Shown: positions 25,415-38,840, counted from the first letter of the stretch. The stretch is DNA of 64,000 nt from Mobula hypostoma (GCF_963921235.1 NC_086108.1:46254001-46318000); one strand, 5' to 3'. Notes: generated by a model from the sequence alone, not told the origin. Translations and numbers: made by a program.

Positions 25415-28400
25415 TGTGCCTGTGCCACGTGACAGTGAGCACTGTATAGGAATAGAATGAGGTGGAGGATAAATGCGTGGCTGAGGGGTTGGAGCAGGGG
25501 GCAGGGATTCAGATTTCTGGATCACTGGGACCTCTTTTCGGGCAGGAGTGACCTGTACAAAAAGGGCAGGTTGCACGTGAATCCCAGGAGGACCAATGTC
25601 CTGGCCGGGAGGTTTGCTAAGGCTTTTGGGGAGAGTTTAAACTAGGACTGCTTGAGGGTGGGACCCAAACTGAAGAGACAAAGGAAGAGGCGGTTGGTTC
25701 ACAAATAGAGAAAGCTTGGAGACAGTGCGAGAGGGAGGATAGGCAGGTGATAGAGAAGGGATGCGCTCAGACCGATGGTTTGAGATGTCTCTATTTTAAT
25801 GCAAGGAATATTATGAACAGAGTGGATGAGCTTAGAGCGTGGATCAGTACTTGGAGCTATGATGCTGTGGCCATTACAGAGACTTGGATGGCTCAGAGGC
25901 AGGAATGGTTACTTCGATTGCCAGGCTTTAGATATTTCAGAAAGGACAGGGAGGGAGGCAAAAGAGGTGGGGGCGTGGCACTGTTGACCAGCGATAGTGT
26001 CATGGCTGCAGAAAAGGAGGAATACATGGAGGGATTGTCCATGGAGTCTCTGTGGGAGAAAGTTAGGAATATGAGGGGGCCAATAACTCTGCTGGGTGTT
26101 TTATATAGACCACCCAATGGTAACAGGGACATCGCAGAGCAGATAGGGAGACAGATTCTGGAAAGGTGTACTAATAACAAGGTTGTCGTGGTGGGAGATC
26201 TTAATTTCTCAAATGTCGATTGACATGTCCCTAGAGCAAGGGGTTTAGGTGGGGTGGAGTTTGTTAGGTGTGTTCAGGAAGGTTTCTTGACACAATATGT
26301 AGATAAACCTACAAGAGGAGAGGCTGTACTTGATCTAGTATTGGGAAATGAACCTGGTCAGGTGTCAGGTCTTTCAGTGAGAGAGCATTTTGGAGATAGT
26401 CATCACAATGCTATCTCCTTTACCATAGCATTGGAGAGAGATAGGAACAGACAAGTTAGGAAATCGTTTAATTGGAGTAAGGGGAAATATAAAGCTATTG
26501 GGTAGGAACTTGGAAGCATAAATTGGGAACAGATATTCTCAGGGAAATGTACAGAAGAAATGTGGCAAATGTTCAGGGGATATTGCGTAAAGTTTTGCAT
26601 AGGTACGGTATGTTTCAATGAGACAGGGAAAGGATGGTAGGGTACGGGAACCGTGATGTACAAAGGCTGTGTAAATCTAGTCAAGAAGAAGAGTTTATGA
26701 AAGGTTCAAAAAACTAGGTAATGATAGAGATCTATAAGATTATAAGGCTAGCAGGAAGGAGCTTAAGAAAGAACTTAGGAGAGCCAGAAGGGGCCATGAG
26801 AAAGCCTTGGTGGACAGGATTAAGAAAAACACCAAGGCATTCTACAAGTATCTGAAGAGCAAGAGGATAAGGTGTGAGAGAGTAGGACCAATCAAGTGTG
26901 ACAGTGGAAAAGTGTGTATGGAACTGAAGGAGATAGCAGAGGTACTTAATGAATACCTTGCTTCAGTATTCACTATGGAAAAGGATCTTAGCGATTGTAG
27001 TGATGACTTACAGAGGACTGAAACGCTTGAGCATGTAGATATTAAGAAAGAGGATGTGCTGGAGTTTTTGGAAAGCATCAAGTTGGATAAGTCACCAGGA
27101 CCGGACGAGATGTATCCCAAGGTACTGTGGGAGGCGAGGGAGGTGATTGCTGAGCCTCTGGTGATGATCTTTGCATCATCAATGGGGACGGGAGAGGTTC
27201 CGGAGGATTGAAAGGTTGCAGATGTTGTTCCATTATTCAAGAAAGGGAGTAGGGATAGCCCAGGAAATTATAGACCAGTAAGTCTTACTTCAGTGGATGG
27301 TAAGTTGATGGAGAAGATCCTGAGAGGCAGGATTTATGAACATTTGGAGAGGCATAATATGATTATGAGTAGTCAGCATGGCTTTGTTAAAGGCAAGTCG
27401 TGCCTTAGGAGCCTGCTTTAATTTTTTGAGGATGTGACTAAACACATTGATGAAAGTAGAGCAGTAGATATAGTGTATATGGATTTCAGCAAGGCATTTG
27501 ATAAGGTACCCCATGCAAGGCTTATTGAGAAGGTAAGGGGGCATGGGATGCGAGGGGACATTGCTTTGTGGATCCAGAACTGGCTTCCTACAGAAGGCAA
27601 AGAGCGGTTGTAGACAGGTCATATTCTGCCTGGAGGTCGGTGACCAGTGGTGTGCCTTAGGGATCTGTTCTGGGACCCCTACTCTTTGTGAGTTTTATAA
27701 ATGATCTGGATGAGGAAGTGGAGGGATGTGTTAGTAAATTTGCTGATGACACAAAGATTGGGGGTGTTGTGGATAGTGTGGAGGGCTGTCAGAGGTTACA
27801 GCAGGACATTGATAGGATGCAAAACTGGACTGAGAAGTGGCAGATGAACTTCAACCCAGATAAGTGTGAGCTGGTTCACTTTGGTGGGTCAAATATGATG
27901 GCAGAATATAGTATTAATGGTAAGACTCTTGGCAGTGTGGAGGATCACCAGGATCTTGGGATCCAAGTCCATAGGACACTCAAAGCTGCTGCGCAGGTTG
28001 ACTCTGTGGTTAAGAAAGCATAAGGTGCATTGGCCTTCATCAATCGTGAGATTGAGTTTAGGAGCCAAGAGGTAACGTTGCAGCTATATAGAACCCTGGT
28101 CAGACCCTACCTGGAGTACTGTGCTCAGTTCTGGTTGCCTCAGTACAGGAAGGATGTGGAAACCATAGAAAGTGTGCAGAGGAGATTCACAAGAATGTTG
28201 CCTGGATTGGGGAACATGCCTTATGAGAATAGGTTGAGTGAACTCGGTCTTTTCTCCTTGGAGCGACCGTGGATGAGAGGTGACCTGATAGAGGTGTATA
28301 AGATGATGAGAGGCATTGATTGTGTGGATAGTCAAAGGCTTTTTCCCAGGGCTGAAATGGCTAGCATGAGAGGGCACAGTTTTAAGGTGCTTGGAAGTAG

Positions 28401-28652
28401 GTACAGAGGAGATGTCAGGGGCAAGTTTTTATGCAGAGAGTGGTGAGTGCATGGAATGGGCTGCTGGCGATGGTGGTGGAGGCAGATACAATAGGGTCTT
28501 TTAAGAGACTCCTGGACAGGTACATGGAGCTCAGGAAAAATAAAGGGCTATGGGTAACCCTAGGTAATTTCTAAGGTAAGGAAATGTTCGGCACAGCTTT
28601 GTGGGTTGACGGGCATGTATTGTGCTGTAGGTTTTCTATGTTTCTATGTTCT
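25415..28652 (+). mobile_element. CR1 LINE, end of ORF1 plus whole ORF2 (APE + RT), with stops and frameshifts
   Basis: FRFLDHWDLF (ORF1 esterase); CLYFNARNI, AITETW, YRPPN, VGDLN (APE); KFADDTK (RT); (TTTCTATG)n tail. Confidence 0.95.
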
Positions 28653-28834
28653 ACAGTGCAGTTCGAAAGCTAAAAGAGGACATATTTTCCACCAATTACA
28701 AAAAAAAGTCCATAATGATAACGTTTAAACAGTTGTCATTACAGCCACTTGCTCATCAATGTTTTAATATGCGGGTATTTGAAACATTAACTTGTTACCA
28801 TCAAAAAATGTGAAGACGAATTGAGATCACAATC

Positions 28835-29010
28835 AATCTACTTGAGGAACTCATTGGATCAAGCAACATCTTTGGAGGGAAAGAATTTGCCAAAGTTTTG
28901 GAGTGTGACCCTGTATCGGAACAAATAATTCCTGAGACAGGATCTCATGCTCAAATATCGATAATACCTTTCTCCTAACAGATGCAGCTCAACCTGCTGA
29001 GTTCCTCTAA
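28835..29010. mobile_element. Short fold-back Penelope-derived remnant
   Basis: gaggaactca...caagcaacatct and its inverse agatgcagctc...tgagttcctc; homologous to 43780-43965. Confidence 0.55.
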
Positions 29011-29127
29011 TAGATTTTATTTTCCAGTCTCTTTGTTTTTTACACTATTTCTGAAAACATATACTGATGAAAACATCAATACTTTTTGGCATTCCAGTAT
29101 GACCCAAGACTCATTAAACAAAACTAC

Positions 29128-29313
29128 CTTCACAGGTTGGTATGGGTGATGACCACCTTCCAGAGCTGTCACACTGCAGACTCTCAGACCCGTTCAACGA
29201 GAACCCTGCTGCACAGCTATAAACGCAGACCGAGCGGAAAGTGAAGTCTCCACCTACATGCGAACAGTTCTGATATCCATTCTTGGGAAGCTTTGGAACC
29301 TCACACCTTACAG
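29128..29313 (-). CDS. Selectin sushi/SCR exon 5
   Basis: 186 bp, phase 1-1, AG/GT; AVRCEVPKLPKNGYQNCSHVGGDFTFRSVCVYSCAAGFSLNGSESLQCDSSGRWSSPIPTCE, with the six Cys typical of selectin SCRs. Not in the ORF track. Confidence 0.9.
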
Positions 29314-30689
29314 CTGAAGCAAAAAGTTAAAAATTGAGTAATGACTGCACATGCAAAACATGGCGCAGTGACACACATTATGTGGACAAACCTGCAGCAC
29401 ATTGTATTTGCAAATCTCACAAACAAGAGGGTAACTGGAGGATAACCTGCACTTCATTGCATTGGGTATTTTACCATTAGCTCCCACATGGGCAGATGCA
29501 AGGCACAATGTAACTAAGAGCTCATTCATAGAACATTCTCATTGCACCCAACCCTCATGACTGCACTGGAGAATCACTCTGGTCCATTCATGCTACGATT
29601 ATTCCCACGCTCTCGAATGAAAATTGGCATCACTTAACATATCTTAAACACTGGCTTGCACAAAATTAGGTTTCCCATAAACTAGCACAATATCTTACAG
29701 AAGGAAAGGTTTTCTTAAACTGTGTTAATAAGTGGAACACTTCAATTTGAAATCTCCAGTGCTGTCATAGACTGTTTTAATGCTATTTGTTTTCTGATAC
29801 TTACGGACATTTAAGAATAGTCAACCACATAAGTAATTAAAAAAACTAGAAATTTATAAATGTACTTCAATGCAAGTTTAATGAATAAAGAAAGTAAGAC
29901 TGCTATTTCTCCTGATCCCCACATAGTCAAAAAATAAACTTTCAAGATAAACATAAAGCTAGAACATTCCTAGTCAGGAACCTCGATTTGTTATTCTTTG
30001 AATTACTGTATAACAACACATATTCTCATCTCCCACATCTGTGAAAGTGACAACTTGCCAGGGGACGTTTGAGGCAGTGTAATCGTTATCAATTTGAAGG
30101 AATGAGAGAAATCCAGTTGTGGTTATTATATAAAGGTTTCCCTGCAGTCTTCCACAGGGAATGTCATTGCCAGAGTCCTTCTCAACCACTCCTCTCAGTG
30201 GTTACAGAATGTACAATGTAGGTTGCTCCCATCCAGCTGTAAAATGGAGTCAAGATAACTACAAAGATTATATCAGTTATGCAAAGATTATAAAATACAA
30301 AGATTATATCAGTTATCTTGCATGTCTTTCTTTTTCCTGGTCTATTAATTGAGAGTGACTATGGCGTAGCAGTTGAAAGTTTGGCTTCTGGCAGAAATAG
30401 TTTCTATCGAATGTCTGTCATACAGGGTGAGATCTGGTGTCAATGCAGGTTGATGTCATGCTTGGCTGTGTCATCAGCCCAATACTTTAGAGTCATAGAC
30501 AGGAATAGCTCAGAAACAGACACTTTAGCCCACCATGTCCTTCATGATGTTCCCTAATTTTTCTCGCTGCAATACTGTGATTCACCTCTAATATACTTCC
30601 AAGAGGAGTTGAACTAATCTACAGGGCAATGGAAAAATGTGTAATGTATGTCACCTCCACTCCAGAACCAAGGTTACCCCAAGCCCAGG

Positions 30690-31650
30690 CATTGCATTAC
30701 ACTATGAAGTCAACACCTGGGTACACACATGCTCCAAGGCTGAGCTCCAAGTCACTGCTGCTTTGTTGACTGAGCCGTATGATACTATTGGCTTTATAGT
30801 TAGCATGTACAAAGCAAACATCCTCTGTCACTCACCCCTGTAGACAACACTATCCACAGGATTTAACTGTTCATGATGAGACTTTGGAAGAGATAGATTA
30901 CTTCCGGTATCTCAGGAGCCATCTCTCAGCAAAGTCAGCTTTCTGAACAAAAGAACATTTTGCGATCAAGGCATCATATCTGATACAAAGTCAGTAATGG
31001 TCTTGTCCTCTTGTATATTGTACATCTGAGAACAAGGCACCACAAAGTATTGTAGAGATATCACCAACATTCACTCTGCAAAGTCCACTAAAGGCACTAG
31101 CAGGAGAAAGGAACAAATGGTCCTGTTCTCTCCCAGGACAACAAGCGGACTCTCAAGGCTCAAATTGCACTGTTTCCTTTGACAGGTAGGCCACATAATT
31201 TGGTTGCCTTAACAGCAAAGTCACAAAAAGAACACTCTGCAACATTAAGATTTGAAACCATGTTTGAAATGTTTCCCCTGCACATCCAGTAACAGTAAGA
31301 TTATAGGATGAAACATTTCAAAGATGTTCCTGGGGTTCAGTGAAAAAATGTAACATTCCCATTGGCCCATGTGGATCCTTAGCCCATGAGCAAAATTAAA
31401 AAGGGGCTGCCAAGGAGGTGGAAAAAATCTCAGGTCTATTTATTGACAGAACAAAAGGCCCAATATGAAAGGATAAAGGAGTCTTGCACCTCACAAACTA
31501 CCCACCCCATTCGTTCTTGCAAGTATCTCCTATCCCACTTGTGGCTGATTCTGAGATCCTCTACTGGCCTCAAACAGAGCGGAAACCAATTATCCTTGAC
31601 CTCAAGAGAGCACCTAGGATGGAAAATACACCGCTGAAGTAAGCACTCCT
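30690..31650 (+). mobile_element. RTE-clade LINE remnant (highly decayed)
   Basis: DYFRYLRSHLSAK followed by a KRTFCDQGI..DTK-like segment resembling the RTE RT C-terminus (FPYLGSHLS...KRVF.D..L...TK). Confidence 0.5.
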
Positions 31651-31714
31651 AACCGCTGGAAGACAACTTACAATTCACAAGATAGTACTGCATTGATAAA
31701 CCCTGTGATAGCTG

Positions 31715-33120
31715 CAAACACAAGGAAATCTGCAGATGCTGGAATTTCAAGCAACATACATAAGAGTTGCTGGTGAACGCAGCAGGCCAGGCTGCATCTC
31801 TAGGAAGAGGTACAGTCGACGTTTCGGGCCGGGACCCTTGGTCAGGACTAACTGAAAGAAGAGATAGTAAGAGATTTGAAAGTGGGAGGGGGAGGGGGAG
31901 ATCCGAAATGATAGGAGAAATCAGGAGGGGAGGGGTGGATCTAAGAGCTGGAGAAAGGAGAAGATCATGGGACGGGAAGCCTGGGGAAAAAGAGAAGGGG
32001 GAGGGGAGCCCGGAGGGTGGAGAGCAGGCAAGGAGTTATAGTGAGAGGGACAGAGGGAGAAAAAAGAGAGAGAAAAAAAGGGGGGGGAATAAAAAATATA
32101 TTTTAAAAAATATTAAATAAATAAATAAGGGATGGGGTAAGAAGGGGAGGAGGGGCATTAACGGAAGTTAGAGAAGTCAATATTCATGCCATCAGGTTGG
32201 AGGCTACCCAGACCGAATATAAGTTATAGAGTGTCATTCACACATTATGATCTCCCGATGGGCACTGCAGTCCACAAAGAACGTTTGAAGTATAGATATT
32301 GTAATAATTAGGAACCACAATGTAGGAACAAATAAATTGCACACACCGAGTCCTGCAACAGGACTAGAAAGGAAAGGTGAGGCAAAGCTTTATCAGCCTT
32401 CCCAGATAGATGTAAAAGTTCGAATTGCACAGTGAGGATATCATGCCATCCTTCCCAATGTTATGTGAAATACCATCCCTAAAAACGCCTAAAGTATTTT
32501 ATATCTGGTTGCAGTTCTGAGACTCGGTGTGTGCAATTTATTTGTTCCTGCATTGTGGTTCCTAATTATTACAATATCTATACTTCAAACGTTCTTTGTG
32601 GACTGCAGTGCCCATCGGGAGATCATAACGTGTGAATGACACTCTATAACTTATATTCGATCTGGGTAGCCTCCAACCTGATGGCATGAATATTGACTTC
32701 TCTAACTTCTGTTAATGCCCCTCCTCCCCTTCACACCCCAGCCCTTATTTATTTATTTAATATTTTTTAATTCCCCCCCCCCTTTTTCCCCTCTCTCTTT
32801 TTTCTCCCTCTGTCCCTCTCACTATAACCCCTTGCCTGCTCTCCACCCTCCGGGCTCCCCTCCCCCCTTCTCTTTCTCCCCAGGCTTCCCATCCCATGAT
32901 CCTCTCCCTTCTCCAGCTCTTGGCTCCACCCCTCCCCTCCTGTCTTCTCCTATCATTTTGGATCTCCCCCTCCCCCTCCCCCTCCCACTTTCAAATCTCT
33001 TGCTAACTCTTCCTTCAGTTAGTCCTGACGAAGGGTCCCGGCCCGAAACGTCGACTGTACCTCTTCCTAGAGATGCTGCCTGGCCTGCTGCGTTCACCAG
33101 CAACTTTTATGTGTGTTGCT
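31715..33120. mobile_element. Palindromic (fold-back) Penelope-derived element, 1406 bp
   Basis: Inverted arms 31750-32359 and 32508-33120 (~610 bp each), 148-bp spacer, 11-bp TSD TGTGATAGCTG (31704-14 / 33121-31). Confidence 0.9.
33021..33056 (+). ncRNA. Minimal type I hammerhead ribozyme motif (short stem III, Penelope-associated)
   Basis: AGUC-CUGACGA-A-GGGU(CCCG)GCCC-GAAA-CGUC-GACU: stem I AGUC/GACU, conserved CUGANGA and GAAA cores, GUC cleavage triplet, palindromic ACGU in place of stem III. Confidence 0.75.
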
Positions 33121-33129
33121 TGTGATAGC

Positions 33130-36100
33130 TGTTAAGTTTTGTAACTTCAGAACATTAAATTAATTCAAAAGAAGACACAGGAGTCCAGGAATGCAGGTCT
33201 AGCTTGGTGTTTACTTTAAGTGAAACACACGTTATCATGCAGTAGCATTGTGATGCATGCAATTTGAGTATTTCATGTACCCCATAATGAATTATTGAAA
33301 CGAGCAATGCTTGAACAAACAAGATAGTTTCAAGACTACTGAAATATTATTTAAATATTAAATGCACTGCTGCTGCTTAGCTATAAACTCCAACTCAAAA
33401 GAGAATGCATCTCAGCCATATGCAGAATATAATATGCAACCCAACTACAATATACAGACATCCATAGCATAGTAAATTTTTAATTGTCCCATTCAGGCCT
33501 AAAGATTTAATTGCTGTGAAGGCTTTCTTACTCTTCTGGGATAATGTCTTTTCTGATGGGGGGGGGAGGGGGAAGGGATCAATCTGCTTGAGGGGAGAGA
33601 CCTGTGGCTGTGAAACAATTTCAGGTTGTGGTGGTTATAGTTGTTGACTCTGAGACTGCAGGAAGTGGTTCTGACAGCGGTACCAGCTTTCTTTTCTAAC
33701 ATTTGATTCTGCTCTCCTCTAGTGGATTGATGTGCTGCCTCCAGGTGATATCGGACGCAAACTCCACTTTGTAGGACAGTGGTCCAGTTCCGTCCTTAAT
33801 CTTTCTGCGTACCCACTTTTGATCATCTCTGTAGTCCTTCACCAGGACTCCTTGTCCAGGAGTGAAACATTGAACCTCCTTTTTTGAGGGGCGTTCAGTT
33901 TGCCCCCGCTGTTTGTCCCGAATACTCCTTCTGAGATTGGATTTGAAGAGATCCAAGCGTGAGCACAATGGATGACCCAGGAACAGCGTAACTGATGAGT
34001 TGTTGGTTGTGGACTGTGTTGCATTGTGATATACAAGGAGGAATCTGGTGAGCTTCTAATTCCGTGTCAGTGCAGTGTATTTTGCTCATTGCTCGCAGTG
34101 CATTCTTTAGACTCTGGACAAAGCTTTCCATCAAAGCCACTTGTAGTTGGGTGATATGCTGCAGATGTAATATGTCTTATTCCATTCATTTTTAGGAATG
34201 TTCCGCCACAAACTGTGATCCATTGTCACTGACTACGTGTTCTGGAACACCAGTCCTTGAGAAGATGCTTTTCAGCATATCAACACTGGATGGCTGTAGT
34301 GGAGGCTGACGGGAAAACTTCTGGCCACTTTGTAGCTGCATCCATTTCGACCAAGAAATGTGTGCCCATGAATGGTCTGGCAAAATTCAGATCAATCCTC
34401 TGCCAGAGCAATGCATGCCATTCCCAAGGATGGGCAAGTGCTACTCTTGGCATCCCAAACTGTGCATAGTAAGCTGCTCGATCTGCTGATCTATACCAGG
34501 CCGGAAAGCAAAGCTTTGGGCCAATACCTTCATTATTACCATGCCTAGATGATGCCTAGGAGCGTGTAGGTCCTCCAGTGCTTTAGCTTTCAACTTGGAT
34601 AGTACAACAACTCTTAAGCCCCATATAAGGCAACGTCCATGAAGGGCAAGTTCATCTTGGCACTGGTAAAAATGGGGGAACTGGAGTTTCTGCTGCATAT
34701 TCCAGCCATTATGGTAGACCTGAAACAGTATGGGGTTTTTTCTGGTGTGCCTTTGTATCATCTCTGCCTTAATAGGGTGACTTTTGCTTTGCGTTAGGGA
34801 GAATATGTCAAGAGTAGAGTCTATTTTTGTAATTTTTTTCTGGTATTTCCTTCCAAGGACAATCCATTAGCATTTCCATGATTTGTCATCCTCTTGAATT
34901 CATTCTGTAACAGAGCCCAGCTCTGCATTTGTGATCTGCTGTTAGTGGAACACCTTTCTGTGAATTGAAAATGAACAGTAGTTTTTAATCACCAGTAATG
35001 AGGATAAACTCTCTCCCATACATATACTGGTTAAAATGTTTTACACTCCAAACGAGACTCATGGTTTTTCTGTGCGTAATTTTTCTCTGCAGTGGTAAGG
35101 GAACGTGATGCAAAGGCTATGGGGCGTTAATTTCCATCACGCATAAAATGTGACATGACTGCATCTATTCCATAAGGTAAGGCGGCACAGACAAGCTTCA
35201 CTGGACAATGCGGGTCATAATATGTCAATACATTCTCCGAGGTCACCATTTCCTTTTCCATTTTGAAAGCCAGTTCACACTTTGCTTTTTCCATTGCCAT
35301 TTCCTCCTGATCTGCAGTAATGAGCTCAAGTGGGGGAGCATAGTAGCCGGATTTGGCAGGAACATGTTATAGTAGTTGGCAGATTCTAAAAAGGACCAGA
35401 ACTTTGATATGTCCTTTAGCCTTGGGGCATCCACCGCTGCTTGAATTTTCTCAACACACTTGTGTAATTCTTGTGTGTCAATAGTGTGACCACAGTAAGT
35501 GATGCTTGATTTAAAGAATTCATACTTGTTGCGTCATGCTCTGAGCTCATAATCTTCTAATCTTTTAACACTGTCTTGAGGTTTTGGAGATGTTTCTTTC
35601 ATCCTTATGGTTAACAATGATGTCATTCAGGTAACACTGAGTTCCTGGGCAGCCTTGTGACTCCAAGTCCATTGGTTTCTGCCAAAGTGCAGGTGAAGAT
35701 ACTACTCCTATTGCAGTGATAAAACCCTTTGTGAGGGTTTATAATGAGAAACACCTTGGAGTCTTCATCTATCTCCATCTGTAGGTGTGCTTCAGATAGG
35801 TCCATTTTGCTGAAGTGCATCCCTCCAGAAAGGTTTGCAAAGATATCCTCTATCCTGGGTAGAGAGTATTGATCTACTTCCAGTACTGGGTTGATGGTGA
35901 CCATAAAATCACTACCGATCCCAACAGACGCATTCTTCTAGGCTACAGGGACCAATGGTGTTGCCCATGGGCTCCAGTCAACCTTGGAAAGAATTCCTTC
36001 AACCTCCATGTGATTTAGCTTGCTGGCTACCTTATCACAAATGGTATAAGGAACTGGACAGGCTTTGCAAAACTTTCTGTGCGGCATTTTCATTTAACAC

Positions 36101-37745
36101 TATTTTACCCTTGATATGTTTGAGTTTTCCAGTGCTATCCTTGAACACTGCCGTGGCATCATCCAGTACCCTTCTCAATTCGCTTTCACTTGACTCTATT
36201 ACACTGGATGTGGCTTGCGAATGGTGGATGGATCTCCAAATAAATTGTAGTTGGCTCAGCCAATCACATCCCCACAATACTGACTTTCCTGTTTTCACCA
36301 CATACAAGCTTAATGTGATTTGTTGGTTGTTGTATTTCACAGTTATGAATGTCATTCCCACTGGAGTTAACATATATTTTCTCCAATATAAGTTCTTAGT
36401 TGAATATCTGCAGGCTTCAGTTTGATATCTTTGAAATGCTGTTCAAACTCATTTTGTGGAATGACTGAAACAACTGAACCAGTGTCATAACGTTCATGCA
36501 GATTAATGCTATTTTGGAACTGCAACTTGACTTTTTATCTTTTTCTCTTCCCTGCGCACACTATTTATTTTGATCAGCCTGAAATGCACTTCGTATGTGT
36601 CCTACTTTGTTAGATTTTCTGCAGATTTCACCTTTAAATCTGCATTGGTCTGGTGTATGTGAGCTGATGCCACAATGGTAACATAATTTGTTTGGCCAGG
36701 CTGGTTTCTGTTTTGGTGTTGCAATTTTGATCATGCTTACTTTCATTCCCGACTGTAACTCAATTGCCTCTCATTGAAACAGCAATTTCAACTGCTTTTT
36801 AAAACGTAAGTTGTGCTTCAGTTAGGAGCCATTCATGTATACTTCCTTCTAAGATTCCACATTAAATGATCTCTCAGTGTATCATTAAGGCCTTTCCAAA
36901 CTGACAACGCTCAAATAATCTCTTCAATTCAGCCACATATGCTGAAATGGACTCTCCTTCTTTTTGATTCCGTTTATGAAAACTAAAGTGTTCTGCTATC
37001 AACAGTGGCTTTGGTTGTAAGTGTTCCTGCATTACTTTGACAGTATCAGCAAAACTCATATCTGTTGCTTTGGTTGGAGCAGTCAAGCTGTTTGCCTTTA
37101 AACCAAATGCACTTAGCAGCATTGGCTCTCGCTTCTCATAGGCGATTTAATTTGCTTCAAAATACTGTTCAATTTTCTCAGTATATAAAATCTAGTTATC
37201 TGTTGTGCAATCAAATTCACAAATCTTTCTGATGTAGCCAGCCATTTCTAACATTATTTATGATTATTATCATTTGGTACTCACCCTTTATGAACCCATG
37301 AATTCATCTGTTTTCTGCCTTTTTTTAATACTTGATTATGTCTTCCCTTCTGAAGAACTCATGCTGCACTGCTTTTAACTTGACTGCCTCTGCACGTGCT
37401 GGGCTGTATTCTTTACTTGCTATTCCTCACTGCTTTTTTTTAGTTCGAATGTCTCACTGCGCTTCAACAGGTCGATAGCCATCTCAGGTTTTCTTTTTAA
37501 AATACCTCACTGCCACTGTTATGTTTTGTAACTTCAAAACATTAAAGTAATTCAGGAATGCAGGTCTAACTTCGTGTTCACTTTAAGCAAGGCACACACA
37601 TATCACATGATAGTGTGACAATGTATGCAATTCATGTATTTATGCATATACCTGTAAACAATTATTGAAACAACCAGGAAGGCTCAGTCAAACAATATAT
37701 TTACAAGATTACTCAAATATTACTTAAATTATTAAATACACAACA
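33130..37745 (-). mobile_element. Full-length but decayed Gypsy LTR retrotransposon (Mag / K02A2.6-like)
   Basis: LTRs 33130-~33368 and 37517-37745; 5-bp TSD ATAGC; PBS-like GTGGCAGTGAGG (37516-37505); gag (HLQPKPLLIAEHFSFHKRNQKEGES), CCHC knuckles, RT (YSLPRIEDIFANLSGG), integrase (GVPEHVVSDNGSQF) fragments. Confidence 0.95.
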
Positions 37746-37899
37746 ATAGCTGACTAATATTGCTATTCACAGCCTATCACTTGTGACATTTCATGCATTG
37801 CACAATAGGAAAATCGCACGATGTACAATCTACATACAAATGCTCTCAATTTCTTAATAACTAATCATAACCTCAAATCCCGGGTGGAATTTGCTGAAC

Positions 37900-38840
37900 T
37901 GCATAATATTTACAGAATGGCTGCACTTACATTATTTGCAAAAAAGTCTGTGCAAAGTACCTGAAACCCAATTAATTGCCGGTAACCAACAAGAATTCAA
38001 GAAATGCAGCTGCAATCTGTGCAAAGTCATCAAAGCAGTGAAATGACAATACGGGGACAAGATCCAGTCACAACTTTCCACCAACAACGCACGCAGCTTA
38101 TGGCAAGGTCTGCACACCATCACAGACTTCAAAGCTAAGTGCAGGGGTGCTGCTAACATCGCTGCCTCTCTCCCGGGTAAGCTAAATCTTTTTTACTCTC
38201 GGTTCGACGTCACCAATAATGAGCCTGAGGAGAGCCACTGAAGCGACCTGCACCTTGGTCATCTCTGAGGCTGAAGTACGCAGGTGTTTCCAATGAGTCA
38301 CAAGGCTGCGGGACCAGACAGCATTTCAGGGCGGGTACTCTGGATGTGGGCAGCACAACTGATAGGTGTGTTTACGGACATTTTTAATCTCTCCTTCTCC
38401 CAGTGTAGAGTACCCTCCTGTTTCAAAACATCCACCATTGTCCCTGTACCTAAAAAGACCCAGGTAACATGTCTGAACGACTGGCGTCCTGTCACCTCAA
38501 TAATAAGCAAATGATTTGAGAGGCTGGTCAAGGACTAGATCTGCAGCATGCTACCACCCACACTGGACCCTGTACAATTCGCCTACCGACACAACTAATT
38601 GACAGATGATGCAATAGCCACAGCTCTACACACTGTCCTTACACACCTGGAGAAGAGGGATGCTTATGTGAGAATTCTGTTCTTGGATGACAATTCAGCA
38701 TTCAGCACCATAATTCCCTCCAGGTTTGACAAGCGACCTCGGCCTTCACCCTACCTTGTGCATCTTGATCCTGGACTTCCTGTCAGATGCCCGGCAGGTG
38801 GCAAGAGTGGGCTCCCTCACCCCTGACCCTCAACACAGGA
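37900..38840 (+). mobile_element. Rex1/Babar-type LINE RT fragment
   Basis: [13 protein letters not shown]...FTDIFNLS...[13 protein letters not shown]...[25 protein letters not shown]. Confidence 0.9.
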
